Notes under the pieces: model-generated | Told to the model about the DNA's origin: nothing | The model's database searches: none | The model's input: only the letters and a program-made list of their open reading frames with translations | Part shown: piece by piece, positions 45,748 to 55,519 of the stretch | Layout of the letters: the number at the start of each line of letters is the position of its first letter | Numbering within the stretch: position 1 is the stretch's first letter | Program-made: the position numbers and the translations under genes | Assembly (NCBI GenBank): GCA_050506795.1 | Contig: JBJHCF010000035.1 | Location: 1-55,519, forward strand | DNA: 55,519 nt | From: Opitutia bacterium | GTDB lineage: Bacteria; Verrucomicrobiota; Verrucomicrobiia; Opitutales; T3Sed10-336 | Direction of reading: 5' to 3'

Positions 45748-48700
45748 CAATGGGCCGAGTCAGCCGAGGGTTCTTACGAGCTCCCGCAGATGATTTCCTT
45801 CAATCATCACGTTCAGCCGGTTCTGTCCGCGAACTGTTACGCCTGTCACGGTCCCGACGCCAACACCCGCGAGGCGAATCTTCGCCTGGACCGGCGGGAG
45901 TACGCATTGACTCCGTCCGAGAGCGGATCGCCCGCGATAGACGAGAACAACCTCGATGCGAGCCCGATTCTCGAACGCCTCCTTTCCGACGATCCGACCA
46001 AGGTGATGCCCCCTCCGGGAGCGCACTCGCAGCTCGAGCCCGACGAGAGGGCGCTGCTGGTTCGTTGGGTCAGGGAAGGAGCGGTTTACGAGGAGCATTG
46101 GGCCCTGATTCCACCGGAAAAAGCCGAACCACCCGAGTTGGAGAACGATACCTGGTCGAGAAGCGTCATCGATGAATTCGTTCTCGACCGCCTGCGGCGT
46201 GAAGGTCTCGAACCGAATGCCCCGGAAGAGCCCCGCACGCTCATCCGTCGCGTAACGCTCGACCTGACGGGACTGCTGCCGGATCCGGCGGATGCCGATT
46301 TGTTCGCGGAGAACCCCTCGGACGAGGCCTACGAAGCCTATGTCGACAAACTCCTCGCTTCACCTGAATACGGAGAACATCGGGCTCGTTACTGGCTCGA
46401 CTACGCCCGCTACGCCGACACCCATGGTCTGCATTTCGACAACAGACGTTCGATCTGGCCCTACCGTGATTACGTAATACGCGCCTTCAATGAGAACAAG
46501 CCCTTCGACACATTTGTGCACGAACAAATCGCGGGAGACCTTCTGCCGTCGGTCACGCTTGATTCACTCATCGCGACGGGCTACATCCGGAGCAATGTTT
46601 CGACCAACGAGGGCGGCGCCATCACGGAAGAAGTGGCCATCAACAACGTGCGGGATCGCACCGAGGCGTTTGGGAGCACGTTCCTCGGTCTGACGGTGGG
46701 TTGCGCCTCTTGTCACGATCACAAATTCGATCCGACCACGGCGAAAGATTATTACCAGCTTTCCGCCTTTTTCACCAATCTTGAGGAAAAGGGGTGGGAT
46801 GAAAATATCCCGGATCCGCCGCCGACCCTGCGCATTCCTCCCGAGGACAGTAAGGCGCGGGCCGAGGAGCTCCTGGAGGAGATGGGCCGCGTCAGGAACG
46901 AACTCGAAACGCGCCGCCGGCAGGCTCCGGACCTTCTCGAAGCGGCCATTGCCGACGGCAATGGCCCCCGGTCAGTTTCCGTCGAAGGCATGGAGCTTCG
47001 TCTCCGTCTGGACGAAGGATCGGGCGACCGCGTCCGCAACTCCGCGCCGGGCGCGGAGGATGAGACCTTTGTCGCCCACACGAATCCGCTGATCTGGGGC
47101 GAACAGTCGTGGCACTGGCCCGGCATGCGAATGGACATGAATTCGCGACTGCCCCTCGGGAACCATGGTGACTTTGAAGGCAGCGATTCTTTTTCCATGG
47201 GCGGCTGGTTTATGCTGCGCCAGAAACCGGCGAACATCCGGACTCCCAATGGCGCCCTTCTCGCACGGATGGGCGGGGCGGATCGCGACGGACACCGGGG
47301 GTGGGATCTCTGGAGCGAGAATAACCGGTTTGCCGCTCATCTCATTCACCGTTGGCCGGATCACGCGATTAAGGTTATCACCAAAGATGCGTTTCCGGAT
47401 CATGAGTGGATTCATGTTTTTGTTACTTATGACGGATCGCACAATGCGGAAAACCTGCGCATCCATGTGAACGGCCGGATCGTGGAAACGGAAATCGCCA
47501 ACAATACCCTGGAGCCGGGCTTGACGACTCGCACCGACTCTCAAATCCACCTCGGCCGGCGCGACGACGAGAGTCCCAAGCGCGAGACGCGTTATCAGGA
47601 CATCCGCATCTACCGGCGCGCCCTGGCGCCCGAGGAGGTCGCTCGCCTTCCATTCGAAGATTACGCGGCCGAGATCGTTGCGGAAAAGCCCGAACCGGCT
47701 GCCTGGAGCACGGATGAACGCTTTGTCGTGATTGACCGTTTCTTCACGGAGTCCGACGAGCAAGCCGCCGCCCTGCGAAGCGAGTTGAACGCGTTGGAGG
47801 TTGCCTTTGAGGAATTGACGCGGGAAGGGACGCCGACGCTCATTGCGAGGGAGAAGGAGAGTCCCGCCTATGCGCACATTCTCGACCGCGGCCTTTACAG
47901 CGCGATCACCGAACGGGTGGAGCCTGGCACGCCGGAATTTCTCCCTCCGATTCCTGAAGGCCAACGGGCGGACCGTTTGGCTTTGGCCGAATGGACAACC
48001 TCTCCGGAGAATCCGCTTCTCGCTCGGGTGACGGTGAACCGTATGTGGCAGGAAATTTTTGGACAGGGCATCGTCCGGACGCCTGATGATTTCGGCATCG
48101 TGGGCGAACGGCCCTCTCACCCGGAATTGCTCGACTGGCTTGCGGTTGAATTTCTTGAAAGCGGCTGGGATGTCAAGAACCTCTACCGCCACCTCGTGCT
48201 TTCGTCCACCTATCGCCAATCTTCGAGGATAACACCGGAAGCCCTCGAGAAGGACCCTTTCAACCACGCTCTTTCCCGCGCGCCCCGTTTCCGCATGGAT
48301 GCGGAGATGATTCGAGACACCGCGCTGCAATCCTCCGGCCTGCTCGTGCAAAAGCTGGGCGGACCTCCGGTCAAGCCGTATCAGCCGGAGGGAATCTGGG
48401 AGGCCGTATCCATGCCGGAGTCGGATACAAAAACCTACGAGCAGGGATCGGGAGACGATCTCTACCGCCGAAGCCTGTACACCTTCTGGAAACGATTCGC
48501 TCCTCCGGCCAGTCTGGAAACCTTCGACGCGCCGGCGCGCGAAGTGGTTTGCAGCGAGCGTGCCCGCACCAATACGCCGCTTCAAGCGCTCACCACCATG
48601 AACGATCCCCAATTCATCGAAGCTTCCCGCATTCTGGCGGAGCGGGCCGTACGGGGGGCGGAAACCTCCGAAGAAAGACTCAACACACTCTCCCGACTGA

Positions 48701-48915
48701 CCCTGGCGCGCCCCTTGAACTCCCGGGAGATTGATACTCTCCTCGAAGCTCAAACGACCTTCCTCTCTCACTTTACCGAGTCCCCCGCCGATGCCGAGGC
48801 GCTGCTGGAGGTGGGCGAAAAAGCAAGAGACTCTTCTCTCGACCCCTCCGAAGTCGCCGCGTGGACGATGGTGGCGAATCAATTCTACAACCTGGACGAG
48901 TTTCTCAATAAATAG
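45640..48915 (+). CDS. Planctomycete cytochrome c + DUF1549 + LamG-like + DUF1553 (PSD1) protein
   Basis: CYACHGPD, RRVTLDLTGLLP, WLDYARYADTHG, GCASCHDHKFDP, ARVTVNRMW, PSHPELLDWLA, TNTPLQAL; start ATG 45640. Confidence 0.93.
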   Translation: MKPLSAALLLFILLGGAGVLWLMWDPGKPMAANEAGQWAESAEGSYELPQMISFNHHVQPVLSANCYACHGPDANTREANLRLDRREYALTPSESGSPAIDENNLDASPILERLLSDDPTKVMPPPGAHSQLEPDERALLVRWVREGAVYEEHWALIPPEKAEPPELENDTWSRSVIDEFVLDRLRREGLEPNAPEEPRTLIRRVTLDLTGLLPDPADADLFAENPSDEAYEAYVDKLLASPEYGEHRARYWLDYARYADTHGLHFDNRRSIWPYRDYVIRAFNENKPFDTFVHEQIAGDLLPSVTLDSLIATGYIRSNVSTNEGGAITEEVAINNVRDRTEAFGSTFLGLTVGCASCHDHKFDPTTAKDYYQLSAFFTNLEEKGWDENIPDPPPTLRIPPEDSKARAEELLEEMGRVRNELETRRRQAPDLLEAAIADGNGPRSVSVEGMELRLRLDEGSGDRVRNSAPGAEDETFVAHTNPLIWGEQSWHWPGMRMDMNSRLPLGNHGDFEGSDSFSMGGWFMLRQKPANIRTPNGALLARMGGADRDGHRGWDLWSENNRFAAHLIHRWPDHAIKVITKDAFPDHEWIHVFVTYDGSHNAENLRIHVNGRIVETEIANNTLEPGLTTRTDSQIHLGRRDDESPKRETRYQDIRIYRRALAPEEVARLPFEDYAAEIVAEKPEPAAWSTDERFVVIDRFFTESDEQAAALRSELNALEVAFEELTREGTPTLIAREKESPAYAHILDRGLYSAITERVEPGTPEFLPPIPEGQRADRLALAEWTTSPENPLLARVTVNRMWQEIFGQGIVRTPDDFGIVGERPSHPELLDWLAVEFLESGWDVKNLYRHLVLSSTYRQSSRITPEALEKDPFNHALSRAPRFRMDAEMIRDTALQSSGLLVQKLGGPPVKPYQPEGIWEAVSMPESDTKTYEQGSGDDLYRRSLYTFWKRFAPPASLETFDAPAREVVCSERARTNTPLQALTTMNDPQFIEASRILAERAVRGAETSEERLNTLSRLTLARPLNSREIDTLLEAQTTFLSHFTESPADAEALLEVGEKARDSSLDPSEVAAWTMVANQFYNLDEFLNK

Positions 48916-48942
48916 GAGCCGTTCCGCAACCGCCTGTGTCCC

Positions 48943-50481
48943 ATGGAAGACAAAGACCCAAACCAACATCTCTGCTCCGATAACTGCGGCGAAGGACCTA
49001 CTGTATGGGATCTTCCGATACCGCAGGGGCTGAAAGACGAGTGGCTGAGGTTGGAAACGCGACGCCACTTCCTGGGGCGGGCTGGAAAAGTGCTGGCCTT
49101 TGCCGGCCTGGCCTCTCTCCTCGGTCGCAGCGGGGATCTCCTCGGAACCCTCGCCAACACAAGCCAATCGCCCGTCCCCCATATCGCTCCAAAGGCCAAA
49201 CGCGCGATTTACCTGTTCATGGCCGGCGCCCCCTCGCAATTCGAAACCTGGGATTACAAACCGAAACTCGCATCGATGTTCGGCCAGGACCTGCCGGAGT
49301 CCGTCCGCGACGGCCAGATTTTGACCGGTATGACCGCCGGCCAGGCCAACTTCTCGATCGCCCCCAGTTATTTCAAATTCGCCCGTCACGGCAATTCAGG
49401 GCATTGGGTAAGCGAACTGTTTCCCCACACCGCCCGTGTGGCCGATGAACTTGCGGTCATCAAGTCCGTTCATACCGAAGCGATCAATCATGAACCGGCG
49501 ATTCTGCAGATCGCCACCGGCAGCATGGTGGGCGGGAAGCCGTCCATCGGTTCCTGGCTCTCGTACGGCCTCGGTGCGATCAATCAGGATTTGCCGACGT
49601 TTGTCGTGCTCACCTCGAAGATACCTCCGGTTGGGAATATTCAGGCGCTGTCATCGCGGTTGTGGTCATCCGGATTTCTCCCTCCCGATCTGGCCGGCGT
49701 GGCTCTGCGTTCCGGCGGGGACCCCGTCCTCCACCTTTCCAATCCGCCGGGCGTTTCCAGGGACCTGCGGCGCACGATGATTGACGGCGTGAGAGACCTC
49801 AATCAGCAGCTTTACGAAAAGGTGGGAGATCCGGAAACAAACGCGCGCATTTCCCAATATGAAATGGCCTTTCGTATGCAGGCCTCTGTGCCGGAGCTCA
49901 CCGACATGTCGAACGAGCCGCAATCAACCTGGGACCTGTATGGCCCCGATGCGAAAGAGCCGGGCACATTCGCCTATAACTGTCTCCTCTCACGGCGCAT
50001 GGCGGAACGCGGCGTGCGTTTCACCCAGATTTTCCACCGCGGCTGGGACGCCCACGCAGACCTGCCCAACAGGATGAAGATCCTGTGCGGCGAAATTGAC
50101 CGCCCCACCTACGCGCTCATCACGGACCTGCGGCAGCGCGGCCTCCTCGACGACACGCTGGTGATGTGGGGAGGGGAGTTTGGAAGAACGGTTTACTCAC
50201 AGGGCGCGCTCCAAGAAGACAATTACGGACGCGATCACCATCCGCGCGCATTCCCGATGTGGCTTGCCGGTGGCGGTGTTAAGCCGGGCCTGTCGTACGG
50301 AGAGACCGACGATTTCTCCTACAACATCGTCAAAGATCCGATGCACGTGCGCGATCTGCACGCAACCATTCTTCATCTCTTCGGGATCGAGCACGATAAG
50401 TTATCGTTCAAATTCCAGGGGCTTGATCAGCGCCTCACGGGAACGGATCCCGCTCGGGTGGTCCGCGACATTATCGCTTGA
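48943..50481 (+). CDS. DUF1501 domain protein (Tat-type RR motif)
   Basis: TRRHFL, AKRAIYLFMAGAPSQ, ERGVRF.QI...GWD.H, GGEFGRT, GRDHHP. Confidence 0.93.
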   Translation: MEDKDPNQHLCSDNCGEGPTVWDLPIPQGLKDEWLRLETRRHFLGRAGKVLAFAGLASLLGRSGDLLGTLANTSQSPVPHIAPKAKRAIYLFMAGAPSQFETWDYKPKLASMFGQDLPESVRDGQILTGMTAGQANFSIAPSYFKFARHGNSGHWVSELFPHTARVADELAVIKSVHTEAINHEPAILQIATGSMVGGKPSIGSWLSYGLGAINQDLPTFVVLTSKIPPVGNIQALSSRLWSSGFLPPDLAGVALRSGGDPVLHLSNPPGVSRDLRRTMIDGVRDLNQQLYEKVGDPETNARISQYEMAFRMQASVPELTDMSNEPQSTWDLYGPDAKEPGTFAYNCLLSRRMAERGVRFTQIFHRGWDAHADLPNRMKILCGEIDRPTYALITDLRQRGLLDDTLVMWGGEFGRTVYSQGALQEDNYGRDHHPRAFPMWLAGGGVKPGLSYGETDDFSYNIVKDPMHVRDLHATILHLFGIEHDKLSFKFQGLDQRLTGTDPARVVRDIIA

Positions 50482-52389
50482 TCAGCCACGGAAACGGCTT
50501 CTCCAGAAACGGGCGGGGAGCAGTGCGGCGGCGGCGAGAAGAATTTGACTGGCGGCGAACAGGAGCAGCCAGCGGAAGCCGGAATCGGTAAAGCCGTAGC
50601 TGTGGAGTCCTATTCCCAGCATGTTGACGCCGAACCAGGACCATGCGGTGGCCACGTTGCCGAGGATGGCCAGGACCATAATGCCGCGTTCCCGAATGAG
50701 TCCTCCCCACCGCGCGTGAAGGATTATAGCGTTCCAAAGGACCAGGATCAGCGCTCCGTTCTCCTTCGGATCCCATCCCCAGAACCGCCCCCAGGATTGG
50801 TCCGCCCAGATGCCGCCCAGGAGGGTGCCGACAAACGTGAACAGCGTCGCGAAGCAAACGACGCCGTAGACCATCCTTCCAAACGAGCGCGCCGTTTCCG
50901 TATCCACGGAACGGGTACACAGACTACGCAGCACGCACACCGCGGCAAGCGACCCGGCAACGAACATGGCGGAATAACCGAGAGTAATGACGACCACGTG
51001 CGTGGCCAGCCAGAAGTTCGTATCCAGAACGGCGTGCATCATCTCCATGGTGTCGCCGTCCAGCGCGAGGCGGTGGGCGATAATCATGGTCAGAAACCCG
51101 ATAACTCCCGCTACCGCCGCTCCCAGTGAGTTGCGCCAGAACCGTTCAATGATCAACCCGAGGACGCAGGCGCCCCAGCCGATGAAGATGGCCGAGGAAT
51201 AGAGATTGGTCACCGGGGGGCGGCCTTCGAGGGTCATCCTGAAAAGGAGCCCCACGGTGTGCGCCGCGAATGCCGTCAGCACAAGCGCAATCGCCGCACG
51301 CCTCAACCAGTCAAGCCGGTGCGGCGCCAACCAGAAGCCGGCGGCGCCGAGGAAAGCCAGTCCGTAAGCGACCAGCGCCTTGTGGAAAAGAGAGAGTCGA
51401 TTGAAGAGGTTTTCCCTTGATGCCTTGCTCACCTCCCGGGGAAACCCCTCCCGAAGTTCCGAAACGTAACGATCCAGGGCGTCATTAAACGCTACCGCAT
51501 CCCCGGAACGGTAGGCGCCGGCCATTTGGGCGTAGGCTTCGAGCCCTGCCGGCATCGGCTCCCCGCGGGCGATCCGCACGAGCGCATCGACCGTGGTCAT
51601 CCAGCCCTCTTCCGGCGCGTCGTCGTTGCGCACCGGAGGGGGGATTATCAACGGCGGGTCGAGTTGGTTCATCACCTCGAAACGCTGAAGGTCACGCTCG
51701 GTCCTGCGGAGGAGTTCCGCATCGTAGGGTGCTCCGGTTTCCCGCGCCATCATCGCGGCGATCCCCTCCGGAGCGTTGGCCGCGAAAGCCCGCAACTCGC
51801 GTTCCCAGTCCCGCGCGTTCTGCGGCTGGACGGTGTTCTGTAATCGCATATAGAGGCCGACTCCGGACCAGAGTTGAATAACGGCCCGTTCGTAGGACGT
51901 GCGTTGCGCCTGGTCGATGCCTCCCACCCTCCGCGCCTCCCGCTGAAGGTCCTCGAGTTTGGCGAGGATCGAGGGCCATGTGAAATGTTTCCCGTCGGTC
52001 CGTGCGCCGGCATCGGCGCCTCGGGAAAGATTGAGAAGACTCTGCAATTCCGGATGATCGATCCGAAAAACCGGCCAGGTGTTGGCGAGCTCCGGATTCA
52101 TCATCATCGCCATCATCCATTCGGTCGCGGTAATCACCGCGCCTTCTCCCTCGTCCGCCAATGGGCGCAGGTCGACCGACTGCCGTTCCCGCAACCGGAG
52201 CAGTGCATTGCGCGCCAGGGAATCCATCGGCTGGATACGCCCGTTGGCAATGACCGGAAGCTGTCCGAAGGCTTCGATCGCAAACTCATCCTCCGCCCCT
52301 GCCGGGCCGCGCAATCCCCAAACCACCCAGACCGCCAAAAGGCCGGCGGCGAGAAATGGGGCATATTTCTGAAGCGTGCTTGAAGTCAT
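50482..52389 (-). CDS. ccsA: Cytochrome c biogenesis protein CcsA (system II type)
   Basis: Start ATG 52389; GRPPVTNLY, VLDTNFWLATHV, WWD motif GGIWADQSWGRFWGWDPKE, GLHSYG. Confidence 0.92.
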   Translation of the reverse strand: MTSSTLQKYAPFLAAGLLAVWVVWGLRGPAGAEDEFAIEAFGQLPVIANGRIQPMDSLARNALLRLRERQSVDLRPLADEGEGAVITATEWMMAMMMNPELANTWPVFRIDHPELQSLLNLSRGADAGARTDGKHFTWPSILAKLEDLQREARRVGGIDQAQRTSYERAVIQLWSGVGLYMRLQNTVQPQNARDWERELRAFAANAPEGIAAMMARETGAPYDAELLRRTERDLQRFEVMNQLDPPLIIPPPVRNDDAPEEGWMTTVDALVRIARGEPMPAGLEAYAQMAGAYRSGDAVAFNDALDRYVSELREGFPREVSKASRENLFNRLSLFHKALVAYGLAFLGAAGFWLAPHRLDWLRRAAIALVLTAFAAHTVGLLFRMTLEGRPPVTNLYSSAIFIGWGACVLGLIIERFWRNSLGAAVAGVIGFLTMIIAHRLALDGDTMEMMHAVLDTNFWLATHVVVITLGYSAMFVAGSLAAVCVLRSLCTRSVDTETARSFGRMVYGVVCFATLFTFVGTLLGGIWADQSWGRFWGWDPKENGALILVLWNAIILHARWGGLIRERGIMVLAILGNVATAWSWFGVNMLGIGLHSYGFTDSGFRWLLLFAASQILLAAAALLPARFWRSRFRG

Positions 52390-52408
52390 TCCAGTATCAG
52401 ACCTCCGG

Positions 52409-53569
52409 TCATTCGATCCCGTTGGGGCGCCATCCTTCGCTTCTGCGCCGGGAGAGAAACCCACCGAGGTGGAGCAGGAATTGATAGGTCAGGCCGGTGG
52501 CGACAAGGAGGCAACCCAGGTAAGGGGCGCCGCGGGCGGGGTTGTGGACGACGAGCAGGATGCTCGTTCCGACGTTGGCGCCGCTTTCGTCCTGGCCCAT
52601 TTGGTGTTGGTAGAAAGTGAGTCCTTCATAGCGAAGCGGATTGTTCATGAAAATATCCACTTCGCGCGTTTCGTTCCTGGCGGGATGGTCGATTCGGATG
52701 CGGCTTCGGAAGTCCCTGGGAATCTCGGTTCCGGGATAAACCTCGTGAGTGGTCTCAAGCAAGGTAACTGCGAACGGATGGGAAACCCGCACGGGACGAA
52801 GAATCAGCAGCCACCCGGTTCCATCGGGGATAATTTCCCGCGGACCGAGCCAGGGCGACAACACCAGCGTTTCGTCACGTCCGCCGTCATAAACGACCTC
52901 GACCGTCGCGAACGGGACATTGACCGCGTTCAACTCCCGGTTCACCGGCCGCGATACGACGACCGGCCGCGCTTTATCGCCGCTATCGTCCTCCCGGGGA
53001 TGAATCTCGCTGTTCGGGTGGTAGTCCTTCAACCGCAATGCAAAGGGTACCTCCGGGTGGGCCAACTCACCCGTGCCGGTCAACACCGAGTCGGGAAAGG
53101 AGACCTCCCATTCGTTCTCACCGCCGGGATCGCGGACCAGCACAATCTCGTGCGCCCGGTCCATTTCGGTGAAATCCTTCGATTCGCCTTCCTGAAGGCG
53201 GAGAAAGGTTTCCACTGACAGCATATCGGTCATCAATTGCCCGAGCAGGAGCACGACGACTCCGAGGTGTGTGAGGTGAATTCCGATTTTCCGTACCGAC
53301 AAGGTAAAGCGTTGGCTGTGCGCGGCGACCAGGTTCAACACAAGGACGGTCCCGAGTAGGTACCCGCCCGGAAGCAGTATCGGCAAGCGAAACCCAAAGA
53401 ACATCGGCCCCCAGACCCACCACTGCTTGAAATAACGCTCCTGCGCTTCGTAAAGCCCCTCGTCGGCCTGCGCCACCGTGCCGATAAAAATCACCACAAT
53501 ACTGACGGCCAGGCAGACGACGGTAAGCCGGAGCGAGGCCAGTACGTTCCAGAAGCGCTTTATCATCAT
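52409..53569 (-). CDS. ResB/CcsB-like cytochrome c biogenesis protein
   Basis: LASLRLTV, FIGTVAQ, GIHLTHLG, MNNPLRY.G.TFYQ; adjacent to ccsA. Confidence 0.85.
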   Translation of the reverse strand: MMIKRFWNVLASLRLTVVCLAVSIVVIFIGTVAQADEGLYEAQERYFKQWWVWGPMFFGFRLPILLPGGYLLGTVLVLNLVAAHSQRFTLSVRKIGIHLTHLGVVVLLLGQLMTDMLSVETFLRLQEGESKDFTEMDRAHEIVLVRDPGGENEWEVSFPDSVLTGTGELAHPEVPFALRLKDYHPNSEIHPREDDSGDKARPVVVSRPVNRELNAVNVPFATVEVVYDGGRDETLVLSPWLGPREIIPDGTGWLLILRPVRVSHPFAVTLLETTHEVYPGTEIPRDFRSRIRIDHPARNETREVDIFMNNPLRYEGLTFYQHQMGQDESGANVGTSILLVVHNPARGAPYLGCLLVATGLTYQFLLHLGGFLSRRRSEGWRPNGIE

Positions 53570-53640
53570 GATTGTGGGAGCAATCGGGTCACAGGAACGG
53601 GAGATCGAAACCATCTGCGCCTTCTCCCGGGTTCCGCCTT

Positions 53641-55236
53641 TCATTCATCCACGGAAACCGACGCGGGATCCGCTTCGAACGGGACCTCGCCGGTCGCCTC
53701 GGCGGGGGGCGTTTGGCCGCGATCAATCACCACTCCGGCCGCCTCAATCCGGCGCTCCAGTTCGCGAATTTCGGCCCGCAACGAATCAATTTCGAAGCCG
53801 TCTTCCAGGCTCGCGCGAAGTCGCTCCGCGCCGTCCGGTGTTATGGAGGTCTGCCAGACATAGACCTGGCGCAGGTTCGGAAGACCCCTCAGGTGGTTCA
53901 GGCCGTCGTCGGTGATTCGGGTGCCGTAAAGGTTCAGGTAACGCAGGCGCTGGAGATCCGAGAGATAACTCAAGCCGGCGTCGCTCACGGAGGTGTTGCT
54001 GAGGTCGAGACGGAGGAGGTTCGTCATCTCCGCCACGTGCGCGAGCCCCTCGTCGGTGACTTCCGTCCGGCTGAGGTTCAGGTTCTGCACGTTCGCCGCA
54101 AGTGGAACCAAACGGGCAAGTTCGGCGTCGCCAAAGTTCGAGCCCGGGGTAATAAACGGAATCTCCACTGCCGGCGTGTCGCGCGCAACCCGGCGAATGC
54201 CGGCGCCGGACTCCGTGCCGAGGCGGTCAACCAACGCGGCAATGGATTCCCATTCCTTCATCGGAGCTGTGGCAGGGGCGGCAAGCAGGCCGAATCGCGC
54301 CTCGAGGATTCGATCGATTTGCGCGGTTGTTTGAATCTCCGTTATCCGCGCGTGCTGTTCGGCGCCGTTGCGGACCCACCAGGTGATCAGGGCAATGTCC
54401 TCCTCCGAAAGCGGCGGCCGATCCCTCGGTGGCATTCGCCGGTCGTCGTCGAGCGGAAGCCTGAGGCTTTCCGCGATCAGCCCGACGTCCGGACCCGAAT
54501 CTCCGCCCTCGATTAGATGGGCATAAGAATCGAGCCGCAGGCCCCCGCGCTGCCGTTCCGTGCCGTGGCATCGGATGCAGTTGGTCCTGAAAATCGGCTC
54601 GATCAGATCCGCAAAGATGATCGCCTCGTGCGGATCGACCACGGACGCCGTGACGCGTTCCGGGAGTCCCAGATAGGAGCGCATCGTCTCCGGCATATAG
54701 GCCGTGAGGTAGTCGGAGCCGTGCGTGAGCGATCCTCCGTAGTGACCCGCCCCCGCGAGCATGGCGGCCGTAACCACGAGCAGAGGATGGTACACGAACG
54801 ACCAGCCGTGAGGAGCGCGCGGAGACCGGCAGACCTTCCAGGCGAGTATCCAGACGGCACATGCGGCGGTCAGGACTCCCAGCCAGCGGTGCCGGAAAAG
54901 CAACTCGTCCGAGTAACCGCCTGGCAGAGCCAGCAGCACTCCCGCCAGAACCGCGAACAGCGCCGCCAACGCCGCCAGCCAGGCCATGACGTAGGTCGCA
55001 TGGTGCAGGATGGCTGAGCGAATACACAGGTCGAGCATTTCCAGGATCAGCAGCGCGAACAGAAAGCCGATTGGCAAGTGGACCGAAACCGGATGCAGCC
55101 GTCCGAAGAAGCGCAAGGAATCGGATGCCTCGGGAAACGACGGCGGCCAGATCGCCAGCGCCAAAAGGGCCAGGGTCATGAGTATCGCCACTGTGGCGAC
55201 AAACCGGTCAAACAGCGAAAATCGCGGCCGGCTCAT
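53641..55236 (-). CDS. DUF2231-like membrane domain + planctomycete cytochrome c + leucine-rich repeat protein
   Basis: Start ATG 55236; GRLHP.SVHLPIG, GHYGGSLTHG, CIRCHG..GGLRLD, MPP; LRRs LNLSRTEVTDEGL and LNLYGTRITDDGL. Confidence 0.88.
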   Translation of the reverse strand: MSRPRFSLFDRFVATVAILMTLALLALAIWPPSFPEASDSLRFFGRLHPVSVHLPIGFLFALLILEMLDLCIRSAILHHATYVMAWLAALAALFAVLAGVLLALPGGYSDELLFRHRWLGVLTAACAVWILAWKVCRSPRAPHGWSFVYHPLLVVTAAMLAGAGHYGGSLTHGSDYLTAYMPETMRSYLGLPERVTASVVDPHEAIIFADLIEPIFRTNCIRCHGTERQRGGLRLDSYAHLIEGGDSGPDVGLIAESLRLPLDDDRRMPPRDRPPLSEEDIALITWWVRNGAEQHARITEIQTTAQIDRILEARFGLLAAPATAPMKEWESIAALVDRLGTESGAGIRRVARDTPAVEIPFITPGSNFGDAELARLVPLAANVQNLNLSRTEVTDEGLAHVAEMTNLLRLDLSNTSVSDAGLSYLSDLQRLRYLNLYGTRITDDGLNHLRGLPNLRQVYVWQTSITPDGAERLRASLEDGFEIDSLRAEIRELERRIEAAGVVIDRGQTPPAEATGEVPFEADPASVSVDE

Positions 55237-55418
55237 TTCGGTTTTCTCATTTTTAAGCGTCACTGGTAGCTCAACCTGTGATTGCGATCCGCAATACGGT
55301 GCGGGAATGGAAGGGATCCTGGAGCCGGGTCTCTCAAAACGCAAATAGTTACGGTCCAGTTCGCGTACAATGGGCGTTTGACCAGACGGCAAAACTGCAG
55401 ACCCCGTACCCCATCGAA

Positions 55419-55484
55419 TTCGCCGGCTGAAGCCTGGCGCTACAGGTTCCCGGGCACCCCGTAGCTCCGTGCTATTAGCCGGAG
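55419..55484. repeat. Pair of oppositely oriented GTAG-type REPs
   Basis: TTCGCCGGCTGAAGCCTGGCGCTAC (55419-55443) and GTAGCTCCGTGCTATTAGCCGGAG (55461-55484), 17 nt apart. Confidence 0.65.
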
Positions 55485-55519
55485 TGTCTTCTTTCGCGGG
55501 AACCGTCGTCCTTACGCCA

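Overview
GC-rich bacterial chromosomal window. A PEP-CTERM gene and DUF1549/DUF1553/DUF1501 genes point to the PVC superphylum, probably Verrucomicrobia/Opitutales (inference). Bases 1-36.3 kb are mostly housekeeping and carbohydrate genes: korAB, mtaB, a CE1-GH8-GH43 xylan cluster, trxB, a DtxR/MntR regulator, accA, a fungal-type cystathionine gamma-synthase, lysA-panB-gpsA, tatD, ptsH, pyc and a GH30. An IS630-like end lies at the extreme left. Bases 45.6-55.5 kb hold a DUF1549/1553-DUF1501 pair facing a cytochrome c maturation operon. The most notable part is a mosaic island at ~36.3-45.6 kb. It has two intact 1034-bp units, each encoding a Y1 HUH (RAYT/IS200-like) transposase bounded by 31-bp terminal inverted repeats (AGGCAAAAGGGGTCAGGCCGTTGTTTGTTGA), plus a truncated third copy, a mini-derivative and a lone half-site. 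These ends sit exactly at breakpoints of foreign fragments: a 5'-truncated Rhs core with an unrecognised C-terminal domain and candidate immunity gene, low-GC orphan genes, an IS481 remnant, and a ~95% identical 806-bp copy of the island's own right flank. This is a candidate HUH-driven system for capturing or shuffling polymorphic toxin/immunity cassettes. All family calls come from motif recognition by eye; no database search was run.
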